Of a DNA stretch of 64,000 nucleotides, positions 1-13,539 are shown one piece after another (positions within the stretch are counted from its first letter, which is position 1; the number at the start of each line of letters is the position of its first letter). Below the pieces are notes generated by a model, which was not told the origin of the DNA, did no database searches, and was given only the letters and a program-made list of their open reading frames with translations. Where the stretch lies: NCBI GenBank assembly GCA_030141605.1, contig JAQGDQ010000070.1, positions 62,001 through 126,000 of the forward strand. Direction: 5' to 3'. This DNA comes from Tubiluchus corallicola (Eukaryota > Animalia > Priapulida). Position numbers and translations under genes: made by a program.

Positions 1-1369
1 ATATATATAATGCATAGGAAACAAATCCAACGCATTGGATATAAATTGTTCCCGATGTGAGTACTCGTTTAATCTTGTAGTTTATAAGCAAATCAAATTT
101 AGAAATTTGAAACAATGAAAGGTTAACGCTCGCAAAATATGGTAAATATTGGTTTACTGATAAAAAGGCTAGACCCCAATTTCGGCAAACTTGTAAACAC
201 TACTCAAATGTTTGCTGCTACAAGAGGCACACGTCTACACATTTGATGTGAATTTATTCCATATACACAGACATACTGTGAGGTCACATTACACGGTCAC
301 TGTGTGGAGCAAAAGCATGTGCTATTAGGCCTCTCCAAATTGTGCACCAATTGACAGTCATCAATAATGTAACTTAATATTACATATTGAAATTATAAGC
401 AAATTTTGTTCGTAACTTGAAAAAGGACGAGTTCAAATTGTTGCGATTTGTTATACCGTTGTAGAAAATATTGTTTTGATGCGTTTTCAAATTTGTAAGG
501 GCTAAACATTTAAAAAGGAATTGACGACAACATTTTAATGGTATTCTGTTTTGACGACTGTTCCGTTATGTTTGGCTCTTTGAAAAAGTAAAACACAATT
601 TGCAACTGAATGTCTTGTATGATAATGTTGATGACTGAGAGGCTGGTGGAAGTAAATAATGATGCCAATACATGAGATGGAGACAATACAGTGGTGTACG
701 CATTATACAGTTTTATGCTTCTATTTTCGATTTCGTAAACATGTGCAACACCCTCGTGGAATGTTCGTGCCGTTAAAAATTACGTTCAATTGTGACGTTA
801 TCACCAGCTGGGCTTGCCGGCCGTTAATGAAATTTTTAATATTTAATGATCTGAACACTTTAACGTTATTATACGTGTTAAAATGTGCACTTTTTATCGT
901 ACTTCAAAATGGAGTAGGATATGAAAAAAAAATCATCCGGGTTCCCTTTAACCGATTTTTTGGAGGGTAAACATCATACCTTTTTAGATATTCTACGAGC
1001 CCCCTTCCAAAAAGAAACCTCGCTTGGATAAATTCGAAAACAATGTTACATATCAAGATTTCCCTAAAGGCGTCAACGAGCCAAAAAAAAACTCGCAAAT
1101 CTGTATTTGTGAGTGAACTGCAAACATTTGATGTTTCACCTCATCATTAAACCTAAATTTAACTTCATAAACTATGAAATAATTTAGCGAAATGTGACAT
1201 TTGGAACATGCGGTACACATTAATATACGAAATTTATGACGATTAAAAAACCAATAGTGAGTTAATAAATAAGCGAAATCACCGTAAGTAAAAACACTGC
1301 TGGTTTTACGTGACATGTATGCAGTAATCATGTACGTGACATGTATGCAGTGGTATAAAATCTAACGTA

Positions 1370-1833
1370 GAAAATCTTCTTGGTTATTAGTAAGCAAAGT
1401 GTAAAAATTATTGAGGTAGTTGTCGTAAAAAGGTTAGCCAGCCTACCTACAATTTCTAATATTCTTCTTTTGGGTCTTAGTAAACTCTAAGTTCTTATTG
1501 GTTGAAGAACGGTTTTGAAAATAATATAAAGGATTAAACTGCATGAAACAGGAATATTTATAATTTTGTATTATAAATTGGAATAAGTTAGCAAAATTGT
1601 ATCATTTATACTGTTTTTATTATTATTATTTTCTTATTTGTTTTTATTTTTGTTATCTGCAGCATCACCGTTAATTTTTAATATACTAATCTATTTATAA
1701 GAAAGGGCAGGAGACTAGATGACCCTATGGTCCTTCCCTGCCCTGCCCCATGAATATAATTACTTAATATTTAAAAAACTTTTGACGTTAAACTAATTGG
1801 TTGTAAATAAATGTTCTATGTCTATGTCTATGT
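1370..1833 (+). mobile_element. Decayed 3' end of a non-LTR (L2/CR1-like) retroelement
   Basis: Stem-loop GGGCAG..GACTAGATGACC..TGGTC..CTGCCC at 1705-1743, then AATAAA and a (TCTATG)n tail. A near-identical stem-loop occurs at 55516-55554. The 5' boundary is approximate. Confidence 0.45.
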
Positions 1834-4800
1834 ATCGCAGCTTTAGCTTTGTTGCAAGCACAGGTTTTTCATGTTTCTTACATATAACTTAGAAGCTAGA
1901 AACCAAACCGACGTATTGCTTGTGACAATGTAGCCTGCAGTTTATCAGATAGTCATGCCACCATCACTGACAGTTATAGTAAGAAAATTTGTTACAACGC
2001 GCCAGTTCCACGAACCAATATGTGAACGCAGCTTTATACTCATGTTTAACCTCCACGCTACACAATGAAACAACAACAAAAAACAAACAAAGAATAGTCG
2101 ACACCAATAAAAATCACACTGCCATAAACAATTACGTTTTACGAGTTTTATAACACAGGCTGTCAAATTAAAAATTCATGAACTTGCTCAATAAAATACA
2201 TGTTTACGAAGAGATCAAAAGACATGAAAGGAAATTAATCTATGAAAACGCCAATATTGATAGCAAATTACATCGCAAGCGACACAAGCTAATTAATCAA
2301 GTGAGGAAGTAAGCAGACATCAACCACTAATTAACCAACATTATATAAACATTCACTCATTCCCCCCACGTCCCATATCAAGTGAACATTAAACGATGAA
2401 AAATTTAAACACTTCGTCACTTTGACAGTTAATAAATACACTGGTAATTTAGATGGACGTAATTTATGGACAGACTTCTGAATACTGACTTCACAATCAC
2501 CCAATTCACAATCACCGATACTTCTACACTTCAATATTAGGCAATCTAGAAGCTTAATTTTGTACACTGACTATCCAAATTATCCTTTGTATACTTGCAA
2601 AGTTGTGTGCTCTTCATTTTTTCTTCTTATAGACCACCAGCAAGGTCCTGGCCAAAAAGCTCTTGACATGAATTGAATATTTTTTGTTCATGATCAAGGG
2701 CGACCTGTGCTAGTTTTCTCGTGACAATGCTGTCTTTTATAAAACAGACACCATAAAAAAACATTAAAATTAGCCAATCACCATCTCTACATGTATATAA
2801 TTATATGTTTATTGTGCGCCTAAAACCTGATAATTATTAAGTTAATATGGTAATCATCTAGGCTAAGGTGAGTGGTTGAAGGCTTGCAACTAATTTTGAA
2901 TTAATAAAAAATTTCTCACGAAAAGAACAAGTTTGTCCCCTTAAAGCCATGACTAGATTTATCAGAAGAACTCACGTGGATTGTATGATTTTTGTCAATG
3001 ATTTAGTCTACATGCATCCAAACACTTTTATATATGCATCATTGCTTGTATTAGAAAGATAAATAAAAAACAAATCGACAGACATTAGAACATAAGCAGT
3101 ATCAGCTTAATTGCCTGCATGGTTCTAGTATTATTGATGTATTAGGTACAGGTTAAATGAAATGGGACCCAAAGTGCAACCCTGTGTACCATTAACAACT
3201 AATATATGATCTTGAAAGCTGCAATATTTGTTTTGTGCACGCCCCCATGCCCTCCCCCACACACACGAAATAGATTTCATGAAAAACGGTACGAAATTGA
3301 CCAGTGCAAATTGCGTTTAAATTACTAGGCAAAATAACTATGCTGCATGCACAGTGTAACTAGTTATAATATGCAATGCTTAGTTATGCTTCCGTATTTG
3401 CTAAAGATAATGTTGTGCAGAATGCTTGCTAACACGTGTAAACATATTTATATGTTTTCCCATGTATAAAGTTAGCACATATTTGCAATTTTAACAGTAC
3501 AAGTTGCCATTATTATTTAATACAAGGTAGTAAAGACGTAAAGTTATTCAGTGATGATTAGTTTTGCTCACATTTGCTGCTAATGTTTGTACTAGTCGGC
3601 GTACTGTTGACACTGTTATTTATTAGCTATATGTACATATTTAATAGCAGCAACAACGTACTTGGCTACATTGCTAATTCTTGTGGTATATAGATCATTT
3701 GTTTACCCCAACCGTATGTATTGTAGGTAAATAGTAGATAAAGCATTTTATTCAAGTTTAGCGATTACAGCAGATTGAGCACAAAGAAATATTTAAGAAC
3801 TTTTTATTTTAATACATGTCATACACCGTCAATAAGTTTTCAAGGAGCCCGAATGACCGGCTTCTAAAGCCCTTAGACAACAAGTCTGCAGCTGATGCCA
3901 TGTTTGACTAGCTACTCCAGAAAGTTAGCGGTTAACGTGTTTGGTTAACTCTCAAAGCTAGAATGGACAATGGTCATTCTACTGGTCGCCTGTGTCATGG
4001 ATGGAGGTTTATAATCAGTGTGCCAAAAATAAATGGCTAATGATATTTGTCAGATGGACTATTTCAGCTACTACAAAACCTAGCAACCTAAAATATTCAA
4101 TCGTTCTCCAAAGAGGTCAGGTCCATTAGCGATGAAAAATACACGTAATAAAAAAGTAGCCAATGATGGTTTAACCGTTAAACGATTTAGTGTTAAAATT
4201 TTGCATAAAATTGGGGTACAGATGAACAAACCTTTGACCCAAAAACTGCTGTGACAAAATGAAATTTAACCTCTAACATAAATCAAAGAGATAAACTTGC
4301 ACGTACTGTACACCCAACTGAAGTGTTTGTTCCCCACAAGACCAACTATGTTGAAGAAAACAAAAAGTTTATTTTATAATCCAGCAATCCACAGCCTGAG
4401 AAACTAGTTAAGCAAAATTTATTGATTAATAAGCATCCCCTCCCAAAAGCACTATCACCTGACAGCGGACACCCAGTCTACATGCATTTCTTCTTGTATG
4501 GTCTGTTCTGATGGCTTATAATCCTCATACAGGTTTTGAATTAAATATGGCAAACAAACGCTTACTCCGCTTATATTGGGAAACAGTTACCTCAGCATAC
4601 AGACACGTAACTGAGGTTAACCAAGTGTTTCCAGGTAAATTGTTTATGGGAGGCATTAGGAGCAGGAAGTCAACAGAACTTGCGGGTCATCAACATGGCG
4701 ATAATAGCTGACACGACTATACCATGTGGACAAACTGATATTACACCGTGGTATGAATAGTTCAGAAATCTTCGTTAAAGATTATAATAAATTTATGCCC

Positions 4801-5192
4801 AATAGAAGGATATCGCCAGAGCACATGCTGACATTGTGAAATGCCACGTTGGGACAATGCAGGTTTTCACCTACAGTGGATGACCAGGAATGGGATACAA
4901 AGTAAAACTGGATAAGGACTGATAGCATCAATAGCGTATAGCAAGGCTAGAAAGAAAATTATTTATATATGATGAAGAAATGACATTATTAATTAAAACA
5001 TAACTTTATGATCATTTTAGGGTTATACAGTCTACAAACGTTTGGAGTATAACTGTCTAACTGATGCTCACTTTGCCTGTTTATTTAAAAAATAATTTTG
5101 TTGTTTCTAAAATTCAATTGTTTTGATATCAGATGTTACTTGAAAGAGATGGATCGTATGAATAGGAATAGTTATTACTCAACTATTTGAAG

Positions 5193-6188
5193 CACTAATA
5201 CATTTTAGTGGTTTCTTACTATAAATGTGTAACTCGTTTTTACTGTAAGCTACAAGTACAGTCACTAATACATTTTAGTGGTTTCTTACTATAAATGTCT
5301 AACTCGTTTTTTACTGTAACTTGCAAGTAGAGTCACTAATACATTTTAGTGGTTTCTTACTATAAATGTGTAACTCGTTTTTTACTGTAAGCTACAAGTA
5401 CTGTCACTATTACATTTTAGTGGTTTCTCACTATAAACGTGTAACTCGTTTTTTACTGTAAGCTGTAAGTACAGTCACTAATACATTTTAGTGGTTTCTT
5501 ACTACAAATGTGTAACTCGTTTTTTACTGTAAGCTACAAGTACAGTCACTAATACATTTTAGTGGTTTCTTACTATAAATGTGTAACTCGTTTTTTACTG
5601 TAAGCTGCACGTACAGTCACTAATACATTTTAGTGGTTTCTTACTATAAATGTGTAACTCGTTTTTTACTGTAAGCTGCAAGTACAGTCACTAATGCATT
5701 TTAGTGGTTTTTTACTATAAATGTGTAACTCGTTTTTTACTGTAAGCTGCAAGTACAGTCACTAATACATTTTAGTGGTTTCTTACTATAAATGTGTAAC
5801 TCGTTTTTACTGTAAGCTACAAGTACAGTCACTAATACATTTTAGTGGTTTCTTACTATAAATGTGTAACTCGTTTTTTACTGTAACTTGCAAGTACAGT
5901 CACTAATACATTTTAGTGGTTTCTTACTATAAATGTGTAACTCGTTTTTTACTGTAAGCTACAAGTACAGTCACTAATACATTTTAGTGGTTTCTTACTA
6001 TAAATGTGTAACTCGTTTTTTACTGTAAGCTACAAGTACAGTCACTATTACATTTTAGTGGTTTCTCACTATAAATGTGTAACTCGTTTTTTACTGTAAG
6101 CTGCAAGTACAGTCACTAATACATTTTAGTGGTTTCTTGCCATAAATGTGTAACTCGTTTTTTACTGTAAACTGCAAGTACAGTCACT
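5193..6188. repeat. Tandem (mini)satellite array, about 14 copies of a 71-bp unit
   Basis: Unit CACTAATACATTTTAGTGGTTTCTTACTATAAATGTGTAACTCGTTTTTTACTGTAAGCTACAAGTACAGT repeated head-to-tail with few substitutions and no spacers. Confidence 0.97.
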
Positions 6189-8246
6189 GTAACCGCATAA
6201 TGCCAGAATGAGTCGCACCGGTAATGGGTCAATTTTTGAGACCCATTTTCAACACTTGCTGTAATCAAGTCTTAATTTCTACTACCTCCCCTTGAGCTCT
6301 TGAGCTCTTTCACACCAGCCCATCACAAACACTGGTCCCACACAGTTCATACATAACACTTTCATCACACTGGGAACAAGAGTACTAGAAGTACTAGAAA
6401 TGATTCGTTCATCGATCCATCCGTCTATCCCTTTGTTCGTCTATCCATGAAGCCATCCATCCAGTTACACTTTGATTTGTATTCATTCGCCTGTTTACTC
6501 AATCGCTCATCTCTACAGTGTTCATCCATTTTGTAGTGAAATTTGAAATCACTGCCCCTCTTCAACAACTGGAATGAATGAAAATTATTCTCCCTGCTAC
6601 AATGACTGTAAATACAGACAGCGCTGTGAGTATTCTAATTGCATTTCTTCCTCTTATGAATGCTCTCTGGTCGGATTCGGAAGTAGCCTGCCCGTCTGCG
6701 CATTATCGATCTTTCCCCGAAATTCCACAGCCATTATTCCCTGTGTAAGCAGTCAGCTACAAGCAAGGCGCTGTCCTGAATTCAATCTCTAGCTTGCGAC
6801 CTCGTGTTTGTCGCAAGCGTCTAGCAGATGATTACCATGCAGTATTCTGTAGAAGTACCACAAAGAAAAGAGCGACCAGCCTAAGCCTTGATGAAACCCA
6901 AATTCTCAAGATGGTCGACTACTGTTCAGTTTTTATCATTCACTAGATAAAGACTAAGTCAACATTTATCGACCGTCGCTCTTTATAACATACAACATTA
7001 CCACTAACAGCTATTTAGCGACGTACAATACAACAAGAACAGACAACAAACAAGTACGGATGCACACACAAACAACGAATAGCACATAGGGTATATGTGC
7101 TATTATTATTATTATTATTATTATAGTGTATTATTATATTTTACTATTGGATGTGAATAAAATAAATAAATAAAAATAAATATCCTGGCGTTTGCAGCCG
7201 AACTGAAGACTGGGTGGCTACAATTCGAAATCCAATTCGCTAGACCACACCCCTGAGTCAAAACAAAAGGACTTCGCTTCTCTTGTGTTAACAAACTTTT
7301 AGTTTACATTTTTTGTTCTGTATGATTGTGTTGCCTTATCGTGAACCGGAAAAAACATAAGTACGGACAAACCACCCATGCAAGAACATATCAGGGTCAG
7401 GTTGGACACGAAATGTAGCTGTGGTAGTTGCTGGTTACTGGAAGTTTATATTTTACTTTTTATGTGAGTTCATTAACTGCAAAACCATCATTTATTGCCT
7501 TCAAGGCACATGATTCATTGACTTATAAATACGTTTATAAAGTTATGGTATGTGAGGAATAGAAGTTTGTTAACATTTTGATGTAGATTAATTTCTCTTC
7601 AATTCTTATTTTGCATTTCAAATTAAAACCAGCTGACAGCCAGAGAAACAATTTACCGAGAACACACCATTTTTTGTGGTTTTATGAACTAGCTTTGCAT
7701 TATTCTAGCTAGCCCTTGAGGTAGACTGAATAATTTAGAACACACACACTACACTGAAAATGGACCAAGACTAGTTGGTGTGCAAATAAGCATCGCAAAA
7801 GCTCAGAACACCACACAAACATGAATTTCTCATTGTTTCTTTGATTTCATTTCCATTAACTGCCTTTAACTGCGCAGCTTACACCTGGACACTTTCTATT
7901 TTCCGAACAACCACCGCCACCGTCGATACACCAATCACACTAAACTGCCTTTCATGCATTCACTGGTGCATATTACTTTTGCAGCATCATCTATTTAAAG
8001 ATGTAATCTCCCTGCATTGTCAAACTCTGAAATTACACGCACCTCAAATTTCGTGATTCCTTTATGATACTGCAGAAAATTTTGCAGATAATTATTACTT
8101 ACAAGTTCGACGCGCATCTTCCCATGCAATAATGCGGATAATTATGGTGTCCATAAAAGTGTAGAGATGAGGCAAAGATCTCCAAACTTTGTACAGAAGA
8201 GTACGTATCTATTACGTTAATACGTAATAATACATATTACGTTAAG

Positions 8247-9238
8247 CCATGCATAATAAACAGACAAGAGGGGTAGCGAATCATCAATTTGTCCGTCATC
8301 ATATGGCTACAGTAGTAGAATATGTGAGGCGGTTTAAATCATTTTACATGCGCAAAAGTGGCATTGAGAATATAGACCAGAATTTGCTTGTATATAGTAA
8401 AAAGGATATATTAAAGCAATTTTTAAAGCACTGTTGTGCAATAGCAGAAACAGAATCAAATCTCAAATTGCTCCTAAAACTTTGGTTAAACCCTACACAC
8501 TTAGTTACAAGTGTAAATAGGAAGACGGAATCCATATTAGGGATCCACCCTATGCACTTAGCTACAGATGCAAATAGGAAGAAGGATTTTAATTTTCTTT
8601 TAGACTGAGGCAATAATAAAGCTTTTTTTAAATACGCTAATCTAATACAAGATGCCACGTGTCCTGCTCCGCATCTTCTTTTTGACTCCTCATTGGTTTG
8701 GCCAACAGAAAAGATCAAGTTTTGTAAACGCACTACCAGGAGAACTGCACAGTCTTTATATAAACGGAGACCGATGTGTTAAAAATTTTGTTGGACTGGT
8801 ACAAGACCCATTTTTAATGAAAACATTTAATTAGTAATAAACATTTAAGACTATTTTATACATGTATTATCGATTTTCTTGCACGTTTTGTATCCAACTC
8901 TAACAAAATCAACTTGACTTATATATTATAGACTGTTTCGATAATTAACCTGATTCTAAAATTAGTTTTGGTTAATTATATGGTTGGTTAAATTATGTTT
9001 ATTATTATCATTTACTACGTATTTTTGGATACTTTGTTACAAAGTTTACTGTAGTAATTGTTAAAATTTACTTTCAGTCTTAAATCTATTCCATTGATGT
9101 TAAATTTAGAATTTCGTAAGATAACGCATGCTATTATCGTAGTCTGACTGTTATACGATGTCATTGTAATTGTAATCACATGACTGTAATCATATTCTGC
9201 AAATGGAGAACAAAAGATTTATAATAATAATAATAATA
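8247..9238 (+). mobile_element. 5'-truncated non-LTR retroelement-like insertion with target-site duplication
   Basis: 13-bp direct repeat ATATTACGTTAAG at 8234-8246 and 9239-9251, a (TAA)n tail at about 9221-9238, and broken ORF fragments inside. Confidence 0.65.
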
Positions 9239-9680
9239 ATATTACGTTAAGAGATGCAGAAGCAAAAATGAAGAAGTTCTTAGTTAAGAGTTATTAAAAG
9301 CGCATTAATTAAATTTACAAAAACTCATGCAAAACATTAAGCCTATTTGGTAAATTTTATTGCTGCCCACAGTTGCTGTTACAAGTATACAAGACCAATG
9401 TTCTGTTTACATTACAAAACAAATCCTTATTCTGGCTATCAAGGTCTTCTAAGACTACACACAGGAGGTATTGGGGGTTGGGGGGGGGGGTTGGTTGTTT
9501 CTAATACTAGTACCCATAGGCGTCTTTTGGCTATGAGATAGTTTCCGTTACACGCGGACCTAAGAAGTCCAGCATGGCTAGAGAATATATTGACTAGTGT
9601 TAAGGCGGAGTTATGACTATGAAAATCGCTGCTTCATGGACTACAATGTGTCTTTTAAGTACAAATAAATAAATGACTAA

Positions 9681-9961
9681 AGTTTACAATTCCCCACAAA
9701 CAAGAAATTAATTCTTAGTTCATTAAGCTTAGGATTAGGATTAGGGTTAGGATTCTGGTGAGGGATGGGGTTAGGGCTAGGGCTATGGTTAGGGTAATTT
9801 GTGTAGGAATCCTAAACTTCTTCCAAAAATGGCATAAAAATACCCGACGCAAGGAAGTTAGTTCGTTAAGTAGGTTAGGGTTAGGACTAGGGTTGAAGTT
9901 GGTGTTTAGGTTAGCGATGGGTTAGGGTTAGGGTATTTAAGTTGTGGGAGAATTGTAAACT
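9681..9961. mobile_element. MITE-like element with about 20-bp terminal inverted repeats and internal degenerate TTAGGG repeats
   Basis: Ends AGTTTACAATTCCCCACAA and TTGTGGGAGAATTGTAAACT; two internal blocks of (TTAGGG/TTAGGA)n. Confidence 0.55.
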
Positions 9962-11239
9962 CGTTTCACAAAGTGATTAAAAACCAAGTATAGTACGTTA
10001 AGTTCGTTACCAAGAATTTATGAAAGAAATTAAACTTATATGATAAGAATTTGTTACTGGTTACCGCAATGGATGCTACTAGAACAGCCTTCAAGGCCTA
10101 CTCTGCGTCTGTCATACGTTTGTGATTTGTATGTTCTAGTCTCTCACGGAAAAATTTCATTAAACGTTTCAGACCGTTTAATGGCGTTTATTCGTGCCAT
10201 GCTCTCCTTGCGAGAAAAAGGCAGGCAGTGAATAGACTCCATTGTGTCTTGTAGCTTATTGGTAGTCTGAAAACGTTGTTGTTGGCTTGCGTGTTGAGGA
10301 CGATACATGTCCCGTCTGATGGGTCTCTTTTGTGGTCGTGCACACCGTGTAATTGAGTTTGGCTATACTGCTGTCTGTTTTGACTCGTTTTTCAACTGTA
10401 ACCCGGAAGAGCCGCCTGGAGTAATGAGTTAAAACTTCGCAAGCTAAAAATTCCAGTTTGAGAGATTATACATTAGTAATGAAACTACTGAATGATTGAA
10501 AAAGAGAAGTGAGAAATGTCAATTAAGAGTCTTGGGTTTCCAAACCTGATTGGCAGCTGCAGAAAAATAGAGAGCCGCGAATTTCTCGTGGGGTGAGGTG
10601 GGAGGAAGAATGTACTGTCGCCTTTTCACAATATTAACTTTCAAATCATGAACGTTTGGTTGCACATAATTAAGTAGAAGTTCAATGTTTTTCCTTGTAA
10701 TGTATACTTTTCTGTAGGCCTGCATACTGAGCTATACAGCCTTTCTAAATAATCAGTTTCTGCAGCCTGCTCCGGTTAAAGGAAAAGGAATAAAAGCGAT
10801 TCGAAAAATAAGATGCAACTCACGCAAGTTCAATGAAGAAGTTCTAGTATACTTCGGTCTGTCTGACTGTTTGTCTGTCTGTCTGCTACTTGTATGCCGC
10901 TTTACCTAAATTAATTTAATTATGCACTTTAACGCTAGGTTCCTCAGACCCGGATAATCAACATTATGTACGGAAACGAAAACGGATGCAGTTTGACATC
11001 ACTACGCAAGAAGTAGGCAAACTTGCTGTTTACATTGTCTAAGCACGCCCATTTAATTGACATAAATCAGCTAAATTATGCTAAAATACTGACGCCGGTA
11101 AACTATAGTATAACTAATTGTCAATATGATAACAGTGTGACCAGAACAGAGCTATGCATACATGTGTTTTTAATCAAAAAGTTTGAATTTTAGCAGATTC
11201 TAGAATAAAGCGATAGATGCAATTGTCAGCTACAGAGTG

Positions 11240-11807
11240 CTCCAAAAAAGTGCAGTAGAGATATGCCAATATTGTGTGATTAGGCCAGTTGTTGAACACG
11301 CTTGTCAGGTATGGCACTCATCTCTTTCCCAGAATTTCTGATTTGTTAGACACAGTTCAAAAGCGCTTATTGAAAATAATTTTTCCAAATGAAAACTATG
11401 CAAATCTCTACTTTTGACTAATCTTCAACCTTTATTGAACCGTCGCCAAAATTCTTGCAAAAAGTTGTTCTTATCAATTCAAAATCCTAATAATAAAATC
11501 CACACTCTATTGCCAGATGCCCAGACTCACAGATACAGTACTTGCCACCATTTGAAATACCCCTTACCTAGATGCAGAACAGAGAGATTCAAGAACAGTT
11601 TTATCTCACATGGTTTATTTAATTTTCAAACTTAAGTTTTGACTCATTTAATTTTAATTTATTTCGTTTATGTATTTTGTAACAGTGTAATAGTGCAAAT
11701 CGCTGTATGTTCTACCTTGCTTATTCTTTTTATATTACAATTTTATGCTGTACTGTAATTCAACTTTTGGTTGTAATGATGATAAATAAACTTATATATT
11801 ATATTAT
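11240..11807 (+). mobile_element. LINE (L2/CR1-group) ORF2 C-terminal remnant plus 3' UTR
   Basis: Frameshifted translation IRPVVEHACQVWHSSL / DTVQKRLLKIIFP / LPRCRTERFKNSFI is typical of LINE ORF2 C-termini. It ends with AATAAA and a (TATAT)n tail. Confidence 0.75.
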
Positions 11808-13539
11808 AAACTGTGCTTATCAAATCACAAAAATAAAAGTCAGTGTGGTATAGTACAGTACTATTGTATTGTATCATACATTGATTATTCTAGATTCTAG
11901 AAAAAAATTCTGGAAATATGAGCTATTAACTTATTAACCACACTTGCTGGACTTTGCACGGTGTAATATCGCTATGATGAAATCAGTTGTTAGGTTATTG
12001 GTACATTTTCTTTTACCTGTGTATACCTGCGATGTGCCGGGCGAACCTATAACCTATCTGGCCCATAGTTTCCTCAATTTTAATGCTAAACTAGTTTTAT
12101 GTGCAAACAAAGAAGTTATCGCTAGTTTTTTTCGCAGGCCCTCTGGTGGTAACATGTAGAAGTGGTGGTTACTGCAACGCCTGTTGTATCCACTTTAACA
12201 TTGAAAGGTGTTACGGTACTTTTTGGATGATCTGTTCACCATTTGTCAAACTGTTTTAAAGTGGTCTGGACGTCTTGCAGTTCTAACATGTGTATCCAAC
12301 TTATTCCAATCATTGATGACACGAAAAGTGAAGCAGTTCTTATTGTTGCATCCAGGCTTACAGATCTTGCGATTGAAACGCAGAGCTAGCGTACAATAAA
12401 AGGATCATGTTTTCAATGTCTGTGTAGCTATTTTATTTCTGCTAAAGTTAGGATTTCTAAATGATAGACATACTGTAGAGCAAACTAAATAAAGTTTATA
12501 AATATAGACAAACATACTGCAGTGTAAGGAAGAAACACAGTTCCACACAGGAAACTATCAATGCACTTACGACGTCACAGAGCTATTAAACTTGTCATTC
12601 TGTTGGCGCCAAAGGAAATTAATTCTGAGACATTTTGAGTAATGGACTGCAATACAGTATTACTCAATCTATCCTTCATAATTTGACAATCCACAAATAT
12701 CCTAAAAATCCTAATAGCACTGACAACAACAATGACACGCTGCTTATAGTAAATCAGAAATAACTGTGAGTGTATTTACCCTCATCCGCATCGCATACAT
12801 GCAATCTTTACTGGACCAATTTTTAGATGTGAATGTGCAAGATGTGCATCTGAGTTACCAAAGTAATGAAACGTCCCGAACCACACAATCGTAGACTAGT
12901 TATTCACAAATAGTGCAATTTAAAAATCAAATAATTTAATGTGAGCGGTAAGGGTCATATTCTTATATACATAAATACACCACCGACACAGCTATGAAGA
13001 ACTGCATCCAACGAGGGACAAATTCAGCATGTACAAATTTTGTATAAGCAAATCAATATTATTTCCTGATATGTAATCAATGTAATGTCAAGAATCAACC
13101 ATTAAATCCGTATAATTAACGTTAATTATTACCAAGCGATGGTAATTATCGCGAGACATCTCAATAAAACGACTCTACTCTTTTTATCATTTGCCTTCGC
13201 CAGCTCAGTGTATTTTAAAAGGATTAATCTTTGCATGCAACCTTCGGTGTGCCTACAAATACAGAGTGACAGGACGCAAAATCCCTCTGTAAACAAAATG
13301 AAAAATTTCCTGATATCAAACCACGAATTAAGGAAATGATATACTGAAATCAGACAAATGTTCTGATATATCAGACAACTGTAATGCAAGCTTAAAATCT
13401 GAAATTCTGAATAACTAAAATTAAAGTTATGTTTAATTTTAAATGTTGAAAAATGACCCAGTAGGGTGGAGTAGTAGCCAGCGGTAGGGTAGTCAGTTGG
13501 GTGGAGGCGAACGACAAAATTGTGGTAATAAGTTATACA

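Noticed and set aside
5193-6188. CRISPR-like array with palindromic repeats
   Set aside because: Units are contiguous with no unique spacers, there are no cas genes, and the context is eukaryotic.
6792-6824. Helitron 3' end (hairpin GCTTGCGAC/GTCGCAAGC followed by CTAG)
   Set aside because: The CTAG is too close to the hairpin, is not followed by T, and I found no matching 5' end.
10790-11060. DINE-1/Helentron-like element with (GTCT)n
   Set aside because: Only the short microsatellite is evident; I could not define termini.
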